A stretch of DNA of 64,000 nucleotides from Lingula anatina. Taxonomy: Eukaryota > Animalia > Brachiopoda. The DNA is taken from positions 18,848,001 to 18,912,000 of the forward strand of contig CM120646.1 of NCBI GenBank assembly GCA_051362555.1. The letters run 5' to 3'. This document shows positions 43,914 through 57,676 of this stretch, piece after piece. The position numbers and the translations under genes are program-made. Position 1 is the stretch's first letter. Each line of letters begins with the position of its first letter. The notes under the pieces are model-generated. The model was not told the origin of the DNA, ran no database searches, and was given only the letters and a program-made list of their open reading frames with translations.

Positions 43914-44083
43914 CAGGGGCGGATTTAGGCCGTCTTCTGGGTCTTCCGGAAGACTGTAAGATTTTCAAGTTTACATTGACGGGTATCTATTTTTTTTTCT
44001 GCTGGAAGACGGTCAAAATTGGATGATGAGTCAACAAAGATAATTTCGAAGACTGTCAGTAAATATCTCTGGATCCGCCCCTG
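43914..44083. mobile_element. MITE, ~170 bp, same family as 33512-33669, 5-bp TSD TTATT
   Basis: Same TIRs and internal sequence; TTATT on both flanks. Confidence 0.88.
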
Positions 44084-47000
44084 TTATTATAAAGCTACAA
44101 AAGAACAACGCATTTAAAGATTCAAGATTGAGTACAATAGGCCTAATATGTAGTTGGCTTACAAGTTCTTTCGCACTAACCCTCATTTTACATTTCAGAA
44201 TGGTTGAAATATACTCCGGCAATTCCTCTTCTATCTCGTTATATATAACAGCTTTATTCATGAAACACAAATCTAATACATTGGACAAAGTTGGATAGGG
44301 AGAATGATCTAAAATACAGCCCCGTCGATCGGTGCAATATTTATCTTTAGATTTACTCGGAAATCAACATCTACAGCCTATTTTTATATCGGCCCCAAGT
44401 CAAAAGGTGTTTTGAATTCTCCGCGACATACAAGCCCAATTATAGGGAGCTCCCCTGCAAACTCTCGCGCTCCACGCCTTCTGAATGGCGCACAAATTGA
44501 ATCCTCGCCACCACGCGCTGCCGTGGTCATTACTTCAAGATTCAATTTGCGTTTTAATGTAGTCAGCGGGGCAGATGATTGCCAGCAACTGTCCAGCTGA
44601 TTGGGGTATGCACAAAATAGTCAAGGCATGTCTATTTATAGTTTAAGGCATAAGGGGACCGGTGGACGGTGGGGGTAAAAGGCCGGTTTCTTTTCCGTTT
44701 GCGTGTAGATATGCTTTCCATTTTTCCCTTCTCCCGTTTGATTGAGTTAAATCCTAGTTCCAACAATGAGCTTTGGCGCACGCATGTTTCAAACGTCCGA
44801 GCGTCTTGCATTTTCCTACCAAATTGTAACACGAAAAACCTGTGGCATGTTCTTACATTTTTTAAACAATACTATAACTTGTGATAAGGAATATTTGGGC
44901 AATACTGCTGTTCTGTCTGTCACTTGAAATGATATGACACTTTGAAAACCATAACCCTCTGGGAAAATTTTGTTAAACTGAAGAGAGCGGCTGTCTGGGA
45001 GGTTACTTTAAAAGAGTACGTTACCCTTAAGAAACCCCAACGGCCTCCAAAACCTGAATACGAACCACGTTGCTTTGATCCGTTTATAGAAAAATAGCCG
45101 CGAGAAATTAGTACTTTAAAAGAACAGACGTATGTCTAAGAGTTCTATGATGGACGTTCACTGTTGCCAGGCCCCGATACATTTTACACATTTCCTTTAC
45201 AAAAGCCCTTAAACGCAAAACACAAAATACATTCTTTGCGTGCAGTGGTATCAAAACAACCAACGCCCGTTATTTTGAATGTTAACTGTTACAGCGCGTT
45301 AAACGATGTATTTGACTTTTTGGATGTTTTCATTAAAGACTATGAAAGTTTATGTCTGTGATAACAATAGATGCAATAATTGACACGAAGTGCCAACATG
45401 CATATAGGCCAATGCAAATAAAAGTTCCAGTTGGTTAAATGTAAAAAAATACACCGTTCACGTGAAATGCCAAATTTCCATAAAGTACTAGCGCACGGTC
45501 GCATTTTTAACAGACGTTTGCTAGTAAAATGTCTTGATTGGTCAAATCCATCTCACCTGTGGCAATTGGTAGTCTGTCGCCCGAGGAGGCTACAATAATA
45601 CTACTCCCGCCAATACAGTCTGATCTGATTTAGCTACTGTAAAGTTTTTAAGGTCTGTTAAATACCAACTGCAATGGGGTTTATATGCAGGCTTGATATA
45701 ACTACACATTGGAACTTGTCGCTTGCTTTTGATTATTGTTTCACAAAAGTTTCCTGCGATATTATTATTCAAGATTTGCCACATAATTAAGACTAGATCT
45801 AGAATAGAATAGAAATCAACAAATTTTAATAAATATTGTGTGCTTTAAAGGAAAATAATTATGTAGATTTTCAATATACAGAACGAAATAATCTTATTGT
45901 TCTTTACCCGCTTATTAAACAAAAATACACACATTATATTCACCATAAGCCAAATGCCAGCATATATCCCGCAGCAAACTGTAAATCTCTGGAAACGGAA
46001 TTGTTTTTATCCTCGGGGAAACGGTTTAAAAAAACGCTGTTTGGGGATCTAGAAACAGAACTTAGATGCTCAGCCATCGGAAGACCGCTAGGCGGTAATT
46101 AGGGACTGTTTTTATAGGTACTCTGGGCACAGAAGGTTTTGTATGATCTACCGTCTTAGTTTCATGTCCCGTTGCTTCAGTAACAACCATCCCGAAAATG
46201 CGATACACGATCTTCTTAGTGTAAGAGCGAAAGGATACAATTAATTAAGTAGAGGTTTTAGGTACTGCTGTGAAAATGGAACGAGAAAAGTATCAAATCG
46301 TCTGTACGTTGGTACTAATTAAAATCGAAATATTCTCAATTTCCACGCAAACACTGACCATGAAATACGTTGTGTCTCCATAGCCTTTGGTGTGCAGGAT
46401 TGATGCACATGCTAACATGTGCTTTTAACATCAGCTAAACCCTGTAAACGCAAAATAGCTTTAAACATCAGAAACATACGCCTGAGCACAGGGAACACAA
46501 ACAGGTAGCTGGTGCAGTGTAACTTCAAATCAATTTTCTTAAGGTTGCCAAATTGTGTTTTCTCCGGGGGAAGGGGGAAGCTCATCAAGTGCGTTATAGC
46601 ATAGTGACATATGAAGTCCTAATTAATTACAGCTGCCAAAAGTGAACTTCCAACCTGACAAAAAATACAAAAGAACGACTAGGCACACCATACAGACTGA
46701 CTTGAAACGAGTCGTGCTGCCCCCTAGGGAGCCGAGATGTACCAGACCTATGTCGCCCCCTGGAGATCGGTATGTGGATTTTCTAATTGTCTTATTCAAT
46801 AGTTCTGCGGTATAGACAGAAGAAAAAACATTGGCTTAGTGCTGTCTGCTATGTATATGACATAACAGGCCTCTTCATTACTAATGTGAACCATCCTGTT
46901 CCCGCAAATATTGAATTACAGACACTAGTATCACTTGTCAGAAAAGGAACACTCTTCAACTTTAATTTTCTACCTCTCAACCACCCATTATAGATCAGTG

Positions 47001-47497
47001 CGCTCTGTTTCCGTTCCTATATAGTTTTTTTTTTTGTTTTGACACACACGCATACTCACACACACGCACACGCATTCACCTATAATTTGTCGTTTATTTT
47101 TCGTAATCATTCTTCCATACATGCTGCCGTTTGCATCACTAAAGTTTACGTTAAACTTTTTATATTACGATTGTCTATAACATGAATTAAACCTGTCGCA
47201 GGACGCAAGAACGCATTCATTATTCATTTCATTAATTGTACCTTCCTGAAATTACTGGTATCTGTTAATTCAAAACGAAGGTTTGAACTGTATGTCACAA
47301 AAGGATTTCTAGACAAGACATTCAAGTGATGACCAAATTTAGAACATTTTGGAAAAAAATCCATGAAGATTGATTAGGTTTCTAAGTGAAAATGTTTTCT
47401 GACAGTATAGATACCAAGACGTATATTAGATCATTAAGATAGTCACTCATGGTGGTTATCATAAATTATTTCAAGGGTGGCACGAAAGTTATCTTAC

Positions 47498-47560
47498 CTG
47501 TAAAATTGTGGAATGTATCAATCTTTTTTCTGGAACGCTCAACGCCCTCCTCTTAAATAG
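47498..47560 (-). promoter_or_regulatory. Candidate TATA promoter and short non-coding exon 1 of the defensin-like gene
   Basis: Minus-strand TATTTAA at 47559-47553, then CAG|GTAAGA donor at 47497. An acceptor (TTCCAG|ATTCACCATG at 43809) just before the ATG requires an upstream exon. The pairing of these two sites is inferred. Confidence 0.5.
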
Positions 47561-50500
47561 CCCGCTTTTCCTCTCTGTAAGAACTTTGTTTGATAGTCCT
47601 AAAGTCTTTGAAACAAAATCTCACCGAATATCAGAATCAGGAAGCAACGGCACCAGAACAAGATTCACCTAGAGCAGTTTAAGTGCCTATGAACGTTCCA
47701 GCGAATGCAAATCTGCCCTTGGTTTGGCTCGTTGGCTTTTTAAGCGTTCCTGGTGAGTGTCGGGTTACCACTTTGCGTTGTTTCAATTTATCTTTCTTTG
47801 CGAGAGAGGCCGGTTGGATAACGTGGTTGTTTTCACTGTCGTAGGGTGAGGGGAAATTAGATTTGGGGGCACCACTGCAGAGAACTTGGCCGTCAATCAC
47901 TTCTACTGAATGTGTAGAGAGTGGAGAGGTCCCGGAGAGCATTTACACCTACCATTTTCCTATCCTTTCATATATATGGCCAACGTGATAGACAAAATAT
48001 CTTATTTAGAGGGCGATAAGATGGAAGAATATGTTTCAGAATAGAAAACAATCAAAAATACGACACGTCATCCTAACCACTCCTTTTAATTACCTGCCAC
48101 CACTCCCTTTCATTAAAACGCTGAGTCATTCTAAAATCAGCCATCTTCAAATCGAAAACGTAACAAACATGACGGTATTTTGACGTCATTCACTTAGGTT
48201 TGTGACTGCTAATGGAATAAACTGGACTTAATTATTGTACACAACCAACATAAACATGTTTATTTGTTTTAAGTGACACCAAGGACCAACTATAAGCTTA
48301 GGTCAAGGGTTTAAATCGAGTTTTTTTACGATTAACAAATACGTCAATTGTACAACACAAGCTGCTTCCAATCACCCAAATTACATAAACATGAAATCAG
48401 CGTGATAAACGTAGGAGTTTCCATTAGAACACTTATTTGTTCCTCTAACTGATTTTGTTGGTTCTGTACGATGTATTTCTCAATACAGCAATGAAGTTAA
48501 GTACGGTTTGATCTAATTCTGTTGCTTTTTCTTTCCCTTTTCTTTCTATCTCTCTCTTATTTGTTTATCGAAGCTAATCAGAAGAAGCGCATCCAAAAGC
48601 TCCTAACGTTTTGAGGTTTTCTGTTTGCTCGCTTAAAGCGAAACTTAATCAGACTTGTCATATTTTTCTCATTTTTTCTCAAATATCTCGTGAAAACCTT
48701 TTTACGAAAAATCGACTGTTACGCTTACAATTTATGAAAGAATACTTTCCAAAGGAAAAATGACGTTAAGTATATTTACAGCAGTTCGTAAGTACTGGGA
48801 ATTATTTGAGCACTTAAAGAGAATTTTTCGTCCTACTAGCTTTTTCCAATCCCACGAAGTGTCTTATAAACTCGGTGAAGTGCAATTTAACTGTATGCCT
48901 TTCGAGACATATGGCAAAAGACAGCAAAAAATGAAGGTACGATCATTGCTTTAATAGCGAAGTAAAGCCTTTAACACGATTGGATCATACGGTCGATTAT
49001 TCTCCCTCTTTTGATGAGTTTTTTCTTGTATTGTTTTCCTGGATCTTTGACCGTAGACCACTTGGCAATGTTTGCATATGTTCAGACCAGATACAAATAG
49101 GAAAACATGGACTTAATGGTTTATGAGTCGATCACACTTAATGCCTATGTATATTACTCTTAGAAAAGACAGTTTTGCCCCTAAGCACAGGGCGCAAGAT
49201 GACAAAAAGCCTAGTATTTCGTCCACTAACTAGTAGTGGCCGTAATGTAATCATCCTTAAAATGTTTTGAGGCCTAAGGTAGGTGGTTGGTAAGGAAGTG
49301 ACAATTGTTGATGCCTTCAAGCAAAATCAAATATTTGTTGGCAAGAAACGGGCAAAAAGACGAGGTTCGCTGAATGTTTTGGTAATCCGAAAGCAGTTTT
49401 AAACCGGATTGTATATTAATGAATCATTCACCAATTGTTCTCATGGGTCTACGACTGAAGGCCAATCGATGTTCAGACAAGATTATCTTACTGGACAAGG
49501 GACAACCGACCATCTCTGAGAAGAAACGGCATTACAAAAACCTCTGCTGTGCCTTAGACCATTCAATCATAGGGAATTAATCAGGTATTCTGATGGTCCA
49601 GTTTCTATCTCACTTACTCACTCGGATTTTATTTCACTTAAGGCCCCTTATGAGTGAAGACGAGACAGAATTTCAGTCCTGTCTGGACAGATTTTTGAGC
49701 TGCGTTATCTACCTTCCTCCCGATTTAGGATCCAACATCAGGATGTTGGATCCTAGTTCCGATTTACTCGTGTTCTTCGTTGTATATGTAACTTCATAAG
49801 ATATGAAAGCAACACTCGTGCACATGTACACGCACGCGCGCACACACACATCAGGCAAAGTCTGTCTCCTTTACTGACATACAATGTGTGTGTGCTTCCT
49901 GAAATAAATGCATTGACACGCACTCACACACGCACCGCTCCCGCCTCTCTTTCTCTCTCTCTCTCTTTCTTCTTTGGGTTGTGAAGTACAGTTCATTTCC
50001 ACTTTTTTACTTGCTGCCAGGGCAAGTTGTATCACATCCACTGGCAATTGCGCTTCGGCTTAGTGACACAGTTTGCGGGTCGTCGAATCCTCGGTCACAT
50101 TGATTTTAATCGCGGTCGTAAACATGGCACGAATGGCAGTGGCAGCTTCTGGGTGCCGGGCATATCAGGAACAACATCATGTTTACGCCGGGAAATATAG
50201 GCCTCTGAACAACAGTGCGTGGGTTCTTCGCGTGGTTGGGGTTATTTCATGGACTAATTAAGGAAAACATTTCGGAAATTTGTGAAAAAAATATGGAACT
50301 TGAGTGTCAAGGATGGTGGCATGGTGATGTGTGCCAAAAATTAAAAAAAGAAAACAGCGTGCCTGCAGGTCGAAAAAGTTTGAACTTTATCTGGAAATAC
50401 GAATTATTTACCATATCAAAATGCACGTGTTAAAAAAGAGAGAAAGAATACAAGAAAAACACGCAAACAATAGACCCGTACTGAGAATCGCGTGTACAGT

Positions 50501-50697
50501 ACTTCTACAGATGAAATAATAAGATCCATAATTCTCTTTAGGTTGTAAAATGTACCTCTTGAACTAATATTTTACAATTAAAATCACGACTAGAAAAAAT
50601 ACAAAAATAAATAAATAAAAAGTTGAATTCTTAAGTAAACAAATTACGGGGCTCAACATTTTAACTTAATGGTGGTGTTCTTTTTTTGTTTCTTTCG

Positions 50698-50790
50698 ATA
50701 ATACAAACATTTAGTCTTGTGGACAAAATTCATGATTACCACGGGTAATACAAACATTTGGTCTTGTGGACAAAATTCAAGATTACCACC
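50698..50790. repeat. Two-copy ~46-bp tandem duplication
   Basis: TAATACAAACATTT(A/G)GTCTTGTGGACAAAATTCA(T/A)GATTACCAC occurs twice. Confidence 0.88.
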
Positions 50791-53700
50791 AGTAATCCAG
50801 AAACACTCCTTGATACTCCATTATACTAAATTTCGGGATGGGAGTTAGGTCAAGACCTGACATCTTTCTTCACAAACGACAGTGACTCACTTCATGTCTT
50901 TTTGGTCCAAAATCAACACCGTATATAGATGGGCATATGCACGCTGTTAAGTTCCAATAGAGATACTTGGCAACTAGCCTCGGTATGCTTTAATCCTGTA
51001 CTGGGTTGACTCCTGTTCGTGTCCTAAGTGAAAAAACTCCCACGTTGACTTAAATTAATTGGATATCTTCTTTCAATTTTTTTCTTGTGAAATAGGTGTC
51101 ACAACTGAATTGAAATGGTCGGGTGTAAGGGTTTCATGCACGAGTTTTAAACAAATCTATGCATGCTTTTTTCTCAGTGGAGTACATTTTCGTTGTATTG
51201 CAGTCCATGACCAGGGCGTTGTTTTATCATAAGTCATTGGGCAAATTTAGGTAAAATCAAATTGGCTTTTGCCATACCAATATTGTTCGGCATTAATTCA
51301 CAATTTCAGGCTCTTTTTGCTAGCTCCCCTCTACACGAGGCCCTGCTTAATGTCTATTTACACATCTATTAATTAGAAATGATTAACTACACTGTTTTAA
51401 TTGGCAAAGTATCCCTTCGTACAAAAATATTTTTCAGAATAGCCAGAATATACCAGTGCACACCAGAATAAGCCCTGAATATGTTATGTAAAGCGACAAA
51501 TGTGCGCCATGCCATCTTAACGAGGCCGCGTGACAGCTGTTGCAACAACACTACCTTCGAGCCACTTCCCATCTCCCATGGCTTCACATTTTTCTTCACA
51601 TTTTTGAGACATGGGAAGCATGGCACGTGGAGCTCAATGTGCTTGGATTCCCTTATGGGTCGGTAATAGAATGCCAGGCGTGCTGAAACTTAATTTCATG
51701 ACAACCTGCCAAACGAAAAAAGGTCTAATGTAATTTAATATAACTGCCATAGGAATGTTTAGTGTATGTGGCTATCTTGTAGGGAATTAAAACGATTCTT
51801 GTGATGAAAGATATTGCAAAAGCTTAACCCAAGAAAGACATTTATCATATTCATTTACAGTAAATAAATGAGTTGGACCCAATATTCTAAACCTACAAAC
51901 GAAGTGCACCTTTACTTACACGTGCATTCAAACACAAAATTTACCGAATGAATGTGAAAGAAAAAATATTTTGGACTCGTACGTGCCGCATCCTTCTTGT
52001 ACTCCTTTCATGTTTTGTCGGGAGTCTTCTTTAATAACCCAAAATCTTAAACAAGGTTTCCGGTTAACACGAGAGCCCCACCGCAGAGATACCAAACCTT
52101 ACCAAACGCTTAGCTTCAAGCGAGGGCGGGTGTTAACACTTAAAGTAAAAACCCAAAGAGATTCCTGGAATTAAATAAGTGAAATGTCAGGATATTCAAA
52201 CAAGGAATAGACTGGGTTTAGGCCGTTGTGCGCTTTCTCCTATTGTTCTTCCCCATTACTTTCATTAAGGTAATGCGTGTTAGCTTAAATGAAATTTGGG
52301 AAAAGAACAAATCAGGAAGAGGGAGGCCGGTTGGAGCTGAATCATCCCCTAGAGAAGTTCAATACGAAGTCGTGATTCATCGACTTTTGTAAATTGAAAA
52401 AAAGAGACCTGGATAACTTGCTGGTTTGTCTGGGTGCACAGAAAGGGTTGCTACAATTGTGAGCATCAGGCCAAGTACATGCATTGGCCATTATATTTAT
52501 ATAGATTTGACTACAGGAGTGGTGGGTGGGTGGGTTGGGGGGGGGGGGGGGGTCAACCACAGTAGTCAAAGCCAAGGAAACATTACAGCCCGGTCTATTT
52601 ATTTTTTCAAGACAAATGTATATATCAGTAAGTTAATAAAATGTTGTTATGTACTTTGACACAATACTGAAGACCTCAGATCATGCAGCCTCATACAAAG
52701 CCCCTTTTAGTATGGGAAGCGAGTTGAGCCAGTTCTTCTGTCTATAAAAAAGGGGGGGGGGTCATCTTCCACTCCGCACATGTAGATGCACGCGCGCATG
52801 TAGATCCGAGAGACAAGATGTCAGATTTGTACAAAGATAATGCGCCTCAGTTTTTGCACCAAGCATAGAGAGTAAAAGTAAAATACCTAGTTCGGCGCTC
52901 ATTGCAAGTTTGGCCCAACTCTTGTTTCAAAGTTTAAGCCGAGGAAGAATTGTCCAGGGTTCATTTCTGAGACACAGATAACCCCGTCTGCCTCGCTTGT
53001 TACGCAATTTGTTCATGAGATATTTACAGAACGCAATTGTTGTTTTAAAAAATAAAGTTAAATCCTCAATTGTTGTGTAGGTGAATCACGTCTGTTTTAA
53101 TTTTGTTGACAGTCCCCAGTGGCACACGTTGCAACAGCTGCTGTCAGGGTTGTTTCCGTGTTAAGATTATTAGATTGACTTTTTTGATTGGTACCCTGGG
53201 GAGAGGAATACGTTGAACTAGTAATGATCCCTCACACACCCTGAGGTTCAGAACCCACTGGGAACATTTCCCTGTAATGGCTGTTGTAACATGTTCGTCT
53301 AGTAGGTCGTATACAGCACAGGAGTTGTTTCCGTTGCTTTGGTAATGTGTTCTAAGGGATATACCTTAGAGTTTCAGAGCTTAATGGAGACAATGAAACT
53401 GGTCTAATGTGACACATTAGACCAGTGTGTATATTTAACCAACAGCATGTATAAATCGGTTCATAATAGCGTCCCCAGCACTATCGAAATAGTAACAAGC
53501 ATATGCAGCCGAGTTTCAGAGATCGTTAATACACACCTATAGAACTAGCACTGTTTCTGCGATTCGGGTTAATATCTTTTGAGTCAAGAAGTTGTAGAGA
53601 CTCTACAACTTCTTATTTGAATCGAGATACAACCTGAGGGGGTTGATCTGATGAATTGTTTAAATTCTTATTCTTGGAAAAGTAATCCATCCCCCTTTAC

Positions 53701-55131
53701 TGAGCTAAACACATCCTTTTATTTTCTTTTTTTTCAGTCTGAAGACAATCCCTCTTACATAACCATTGCTTTTTAAACTGCAAAAGGGCGTCCACCCGGA
53801 GAGCGTGCACTTCAATATAAAAGTGGTTGTTTGTTTGCCGTGTACGGATACTCAAATCGTTCTATCATTTTCACTGCCAAATAAAAAGAATTTACAACTA
53901 CCGTTGAACTCAAATATACAAAAATAAGCTTGGAAAGTGTTGCAACAGAAGTCGGTAGAATCAACCCACTATTTGTGGGACTCTAAACTTCCTCTTTCGG
54001 TCAGCGCCCGAAGGATTGGTGGGCAGGATTGTTTTGGTATCTAACTGGCCAACAAGGATTTTTGACGTTGCCAGTTAAGTTTCTATTAAATCGACCAATT
54101 TTCAAAGCAGTTGCCTTGAGGGGCGGGCTCCGTTAACTTAAACAAGGTTCCTGGAATTTAGTGTTACGTAATTGGCATACCCTCAAAGTTTGTGAGCTTG
54201 CGACTAGCATGCGTACCATTGACGTACATTGCATCCCTCATACAGTTCCGACAGTAAATGGAGATTCACTAGTTGAGTTTTCATGGCGTGTTACCGCGGT
54301 AAAAGACATTTGCAAACCGTGGTTTCTCTCTATCCGTTATACATGGAGTTACTGTAAAATAGTGACGCCAGTTACTAATCACATATACCACAGGTTTTAC
54401 ATAGCGGAGCTGTTTTTTGTTAAGTCAAGCCGCGTGTCTTGTGGCTTTCTCATTTCTGCTGACCGCTAAGCATTACCTACATGCAGCTTATATCTAATTG
54501 TGACCTTAAATCACACTATCGGAAAATGAGTACAAGAAAGCAAATTAACAGTACAAAAACGTGTTAGGAAAAAAGTTGGTAACAGGTGGTTTGCTTGTAG
54601 TCGGTTCCTGAAACTCATTGGTATTTCAAGCAACCAGAATTACTTTTAAGTTGAACTTCAAAGAATGCAGCACAATGAATATCTGTGAATCTTTTCAAAT
54701 GTATACAGATATGGTTAAAACAAAGTTATAATCTACCCGTAAATACGGCTAAAACGGCGTTCTAAGTTCGAAAGTGTACACATTCAAAAGACTGTTCATC
54801 TTTGGCAACCATAGATCTCTGTCAAAAGACAAGTTTCAATTCAAATTTAAAACGAGATTCCAATTCCGTTAAGACGTGCAAAAATTGCATTTTTTCCATT
54901 CGTCATACTGTACATATTTGGTGAGGTCGAAGGAAGAATGGGAACCCAAGGAGGTAAGGGAGTGACACGTGCTCGCTGGGTCGGCAAATGCAACTGACGG
55001 TAATTATTTAGTGTTACGATAAGACTACTTCCAAAGCAAATTCAAAATCTGTTTCACGGGCCAATGCCAATGATTTGCCCATTGAGCCTTTCATCGTGAG
55101 GTGAGGTGGAGTAAAAGATTTCATAATTTTA

Positions 55132-55182
<51 letters not shown>

Positions 55183-55928
55183 TTGCTCGCCCAGGTCGTA
55201 CCTCTGCACCGAAAAGGCTTGAAACTCTAACCTGCCTCAATGGGTCTATACTTAGGTACGTTATAGTAAATAGTACATTGGATACTTTGTGCCAAGGGGT
55301 TTTTCGATTTTTTTTTTGTGTCAAACAGGGTTCCAAATTCTTTTTGATGTTATTTTTGAACAGGTTGCTGGACTGAAATGAGGTTAACTAGAGTTCTTGA
55401 TAACAAGCTCGAGTGAAAAAACAGGAACTTTCGGATACCCTATCCACGCAGCAGGTAGCCTGACAACAGGTAGCGTTCACTGTGACACAAAATCTACTAA
55501 GATAATCTCTTTATTATTCTTTACGGGGAAAAAAAGGATTCAGAACCATAAAAACTTGTAATTCATTCTTCATTAAAATTGCGACCTATAAACGTGACTA
55601 TGGATTTACTCCAAACAGTAGTTGTCGTCATAGTTTAAAACAAAATATAAAAAATTGAACAAACACAAGTATATCTCCACCACCTCAACCTTAGAATTGA
55701 GATATGGCGACTTGTCCAATATTACATGTATCACGTACAGTAATGCCTTTTTAATTATATATGCAAATGAAAATATGACTTAACAAAGCCGAAGACAGAA
55801 AAAATACTAAAATGCAAGAAATAAACTTTAAGTTGTTTCTCATTATAATCAATAAATCAGCATTGCTTTGTATGTAAACATCACAGTATCTCCACATCAA
55901 TTAAAAAATAAATTATATAATCAAGTGG

Positions 55929-57147
55929 CTACTGAAAGTTCTGCCTGTAATTTCCACTCTGCCGTGGTGGCCTCTGTGGGCTCCCTCTACTGCCATGACG
56001 ATGATGATGATGATGATGATGATGATGACGTTGTTGATGTTGTTGATGATGTCCTCCGTGTCTCCCAGCCTGATGTTGCTGATGCTGTTGCTGATACTGC
56101 TGATGCAGCTGAGTTGCCATCCCCATTTGCTGCATTAGCCTCTGCCTCTTTAGCTCTAGCTGTATGGGATCCATGGGCTGGTCCATTTGGAAATTAGGGT
56201 TACCAGGTTGTTGTTGATCAAACCATGGCTGTCCTATGGCCTGAGGACTTTGGGCTGGCGTGTTTCGCCCAGGAACATGTCCCAACAATCCTTGCTGTTG
56301 TTGCTGTTGCATATTAGGCCAGTTTTGCTGCATCATATTCCCCATTATATGTAGTTGCCCTTGCATGTCCATATTCATATTTGAATTTGGATTATACCCT
56401 CTATTTTGTGGGGGTCCAAGGTTATAATTATTGTAGTTTTGCATCTGACCACCAAGTGGTGTTGCTGTGCCAACATTTCCATGAGAAGCCCCAGTCCTGG
56501 CCTGCAGATTAAGAGGTCTGCCAAACAGTTTTGTTCCAGACATGAGTTTTATGGTGTATGGCACTGACTCTTCATGCTTGAATTGTATAAATGAATAGTT
56601 TTTCCTACGACCATCTTTGTCTTTTGCTATGTGAACTTTTTCCAGTGGGCCAGCCTTGATGTAAGAGAAATGATTTTGAGATTTAATCCGAATAATTACT
56701 TGTTTTTTATTGAATTAAAAACTAAATTAAAATAACGTTTGTTTATAAAAGGAAGATGCAGATGCTAACTTTATATATTTATTTAATTTTTTTTTATAAG
56801 ACCTACTTAAGTTTTTGCCTTTACAATTGGGAAATAACCAAAACCTTTTTATTTCTGGTGATTTAGATATGTTTTGGAAAGTTAAGTTACTATTGATATT
56901 AATATTGCTTGATTTGACTGACTCTACCATATCCAGACATCCATCAATCTGATTATTGATGTAAGTCTGCCTCAGTTTTCGTCTTTACATGCTACTGCTA
57001 GGTACTGCAACAAAACTTTGGCAATCTCCAACTAAAACCATGTAGTTTAACAGCACTTACTTGCAAAAATAACTCATATAAAAGTTCCTCTGTTACTTCT
57101 TCCGATAGATTCCCGCACCAAAGTGTCCTTTCTCTGACGTCATCCAT
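55929..57147 (-). CDS. RBM7: RNA-binding motif protein 7/11-like (N-terminal RRM, Q/N/G/H-rich tail), 270 aa; exons 57147-57061, 56654-55929
   Basis: RTLWCGNLSEEVTEELLYELFLQ|AGPLEKVHIAKDKDGRRKNYSFIQFKHEESVPYTIKLMSGTKLFGRPL matches the RBM7/RBM11 RRM; phase-0 intron after FLQ. Confidence 0.9.
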
Positions 57148-57676
57148 AATAATATTAGTACAACATACACGAATAAAATGTGAGTTTGGCTTTAAGAAAC
57201 TTTCACTTAAAACGGAAGTTGCCGGTTATATGGGAGTGTAACGTAACCGATACTGCAAAAGGTATCGATGTTTTCCTTGTCATTTGCGAACAATGTTTTT
57301 TTTAACAAATCACACTTTTTCCCTATCAGTATTATTAGTGTTCATAAAATCAACAGCCAAATGACAACGCCACATGAGTCCATTAGGGGTAAGTTATAAA
57401 TGTCTTTGGGCTTGTCTTGAGATCGACCAGTAAATGAGCTTACATGGAGGAGAGGAAGGTGTCGGAAAATAACAAACGCTTTATAAAATTATAGTGTTCA
57501 TCGACTACATGGTTTTTCTTGGACCAGTATTGTTTTACAAAAACAGCATCTCTGAATTGTTCTAGAGGACTTGCAGTGTGCAAACTAGCAGTACAGCGGA
57601 AGTTATCTTCAAGGAGACAAAAGTGATTTAACGATTTGACTTCAAGTCACAATTGACACTGATCGAAGCCTCAAAT
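57148..57676. promoter_or_regulatory. Probable bidirectional promoter between RBM7 and TRAPPC4
   Basis: The divergent ATGs are 530 bp apart, with ETS-type CGGAAGT motifs at 57213-57219 and 57597-57603, one near each start. Confidence 0.65.

Noticed and set aside
50073-50261. Short ORF with a hydrophobic start (MRVVESSVTLILIAVV...)
   Set aside because: It starts at TTG, and I found no convincing splice partners or family motif.
55133-55179. Long poly-A as a retrocopy tail (also poly-T at ~60957-60993)
   Set aside because: I could not identify an adjacent processed ORF or a target-site duplication.
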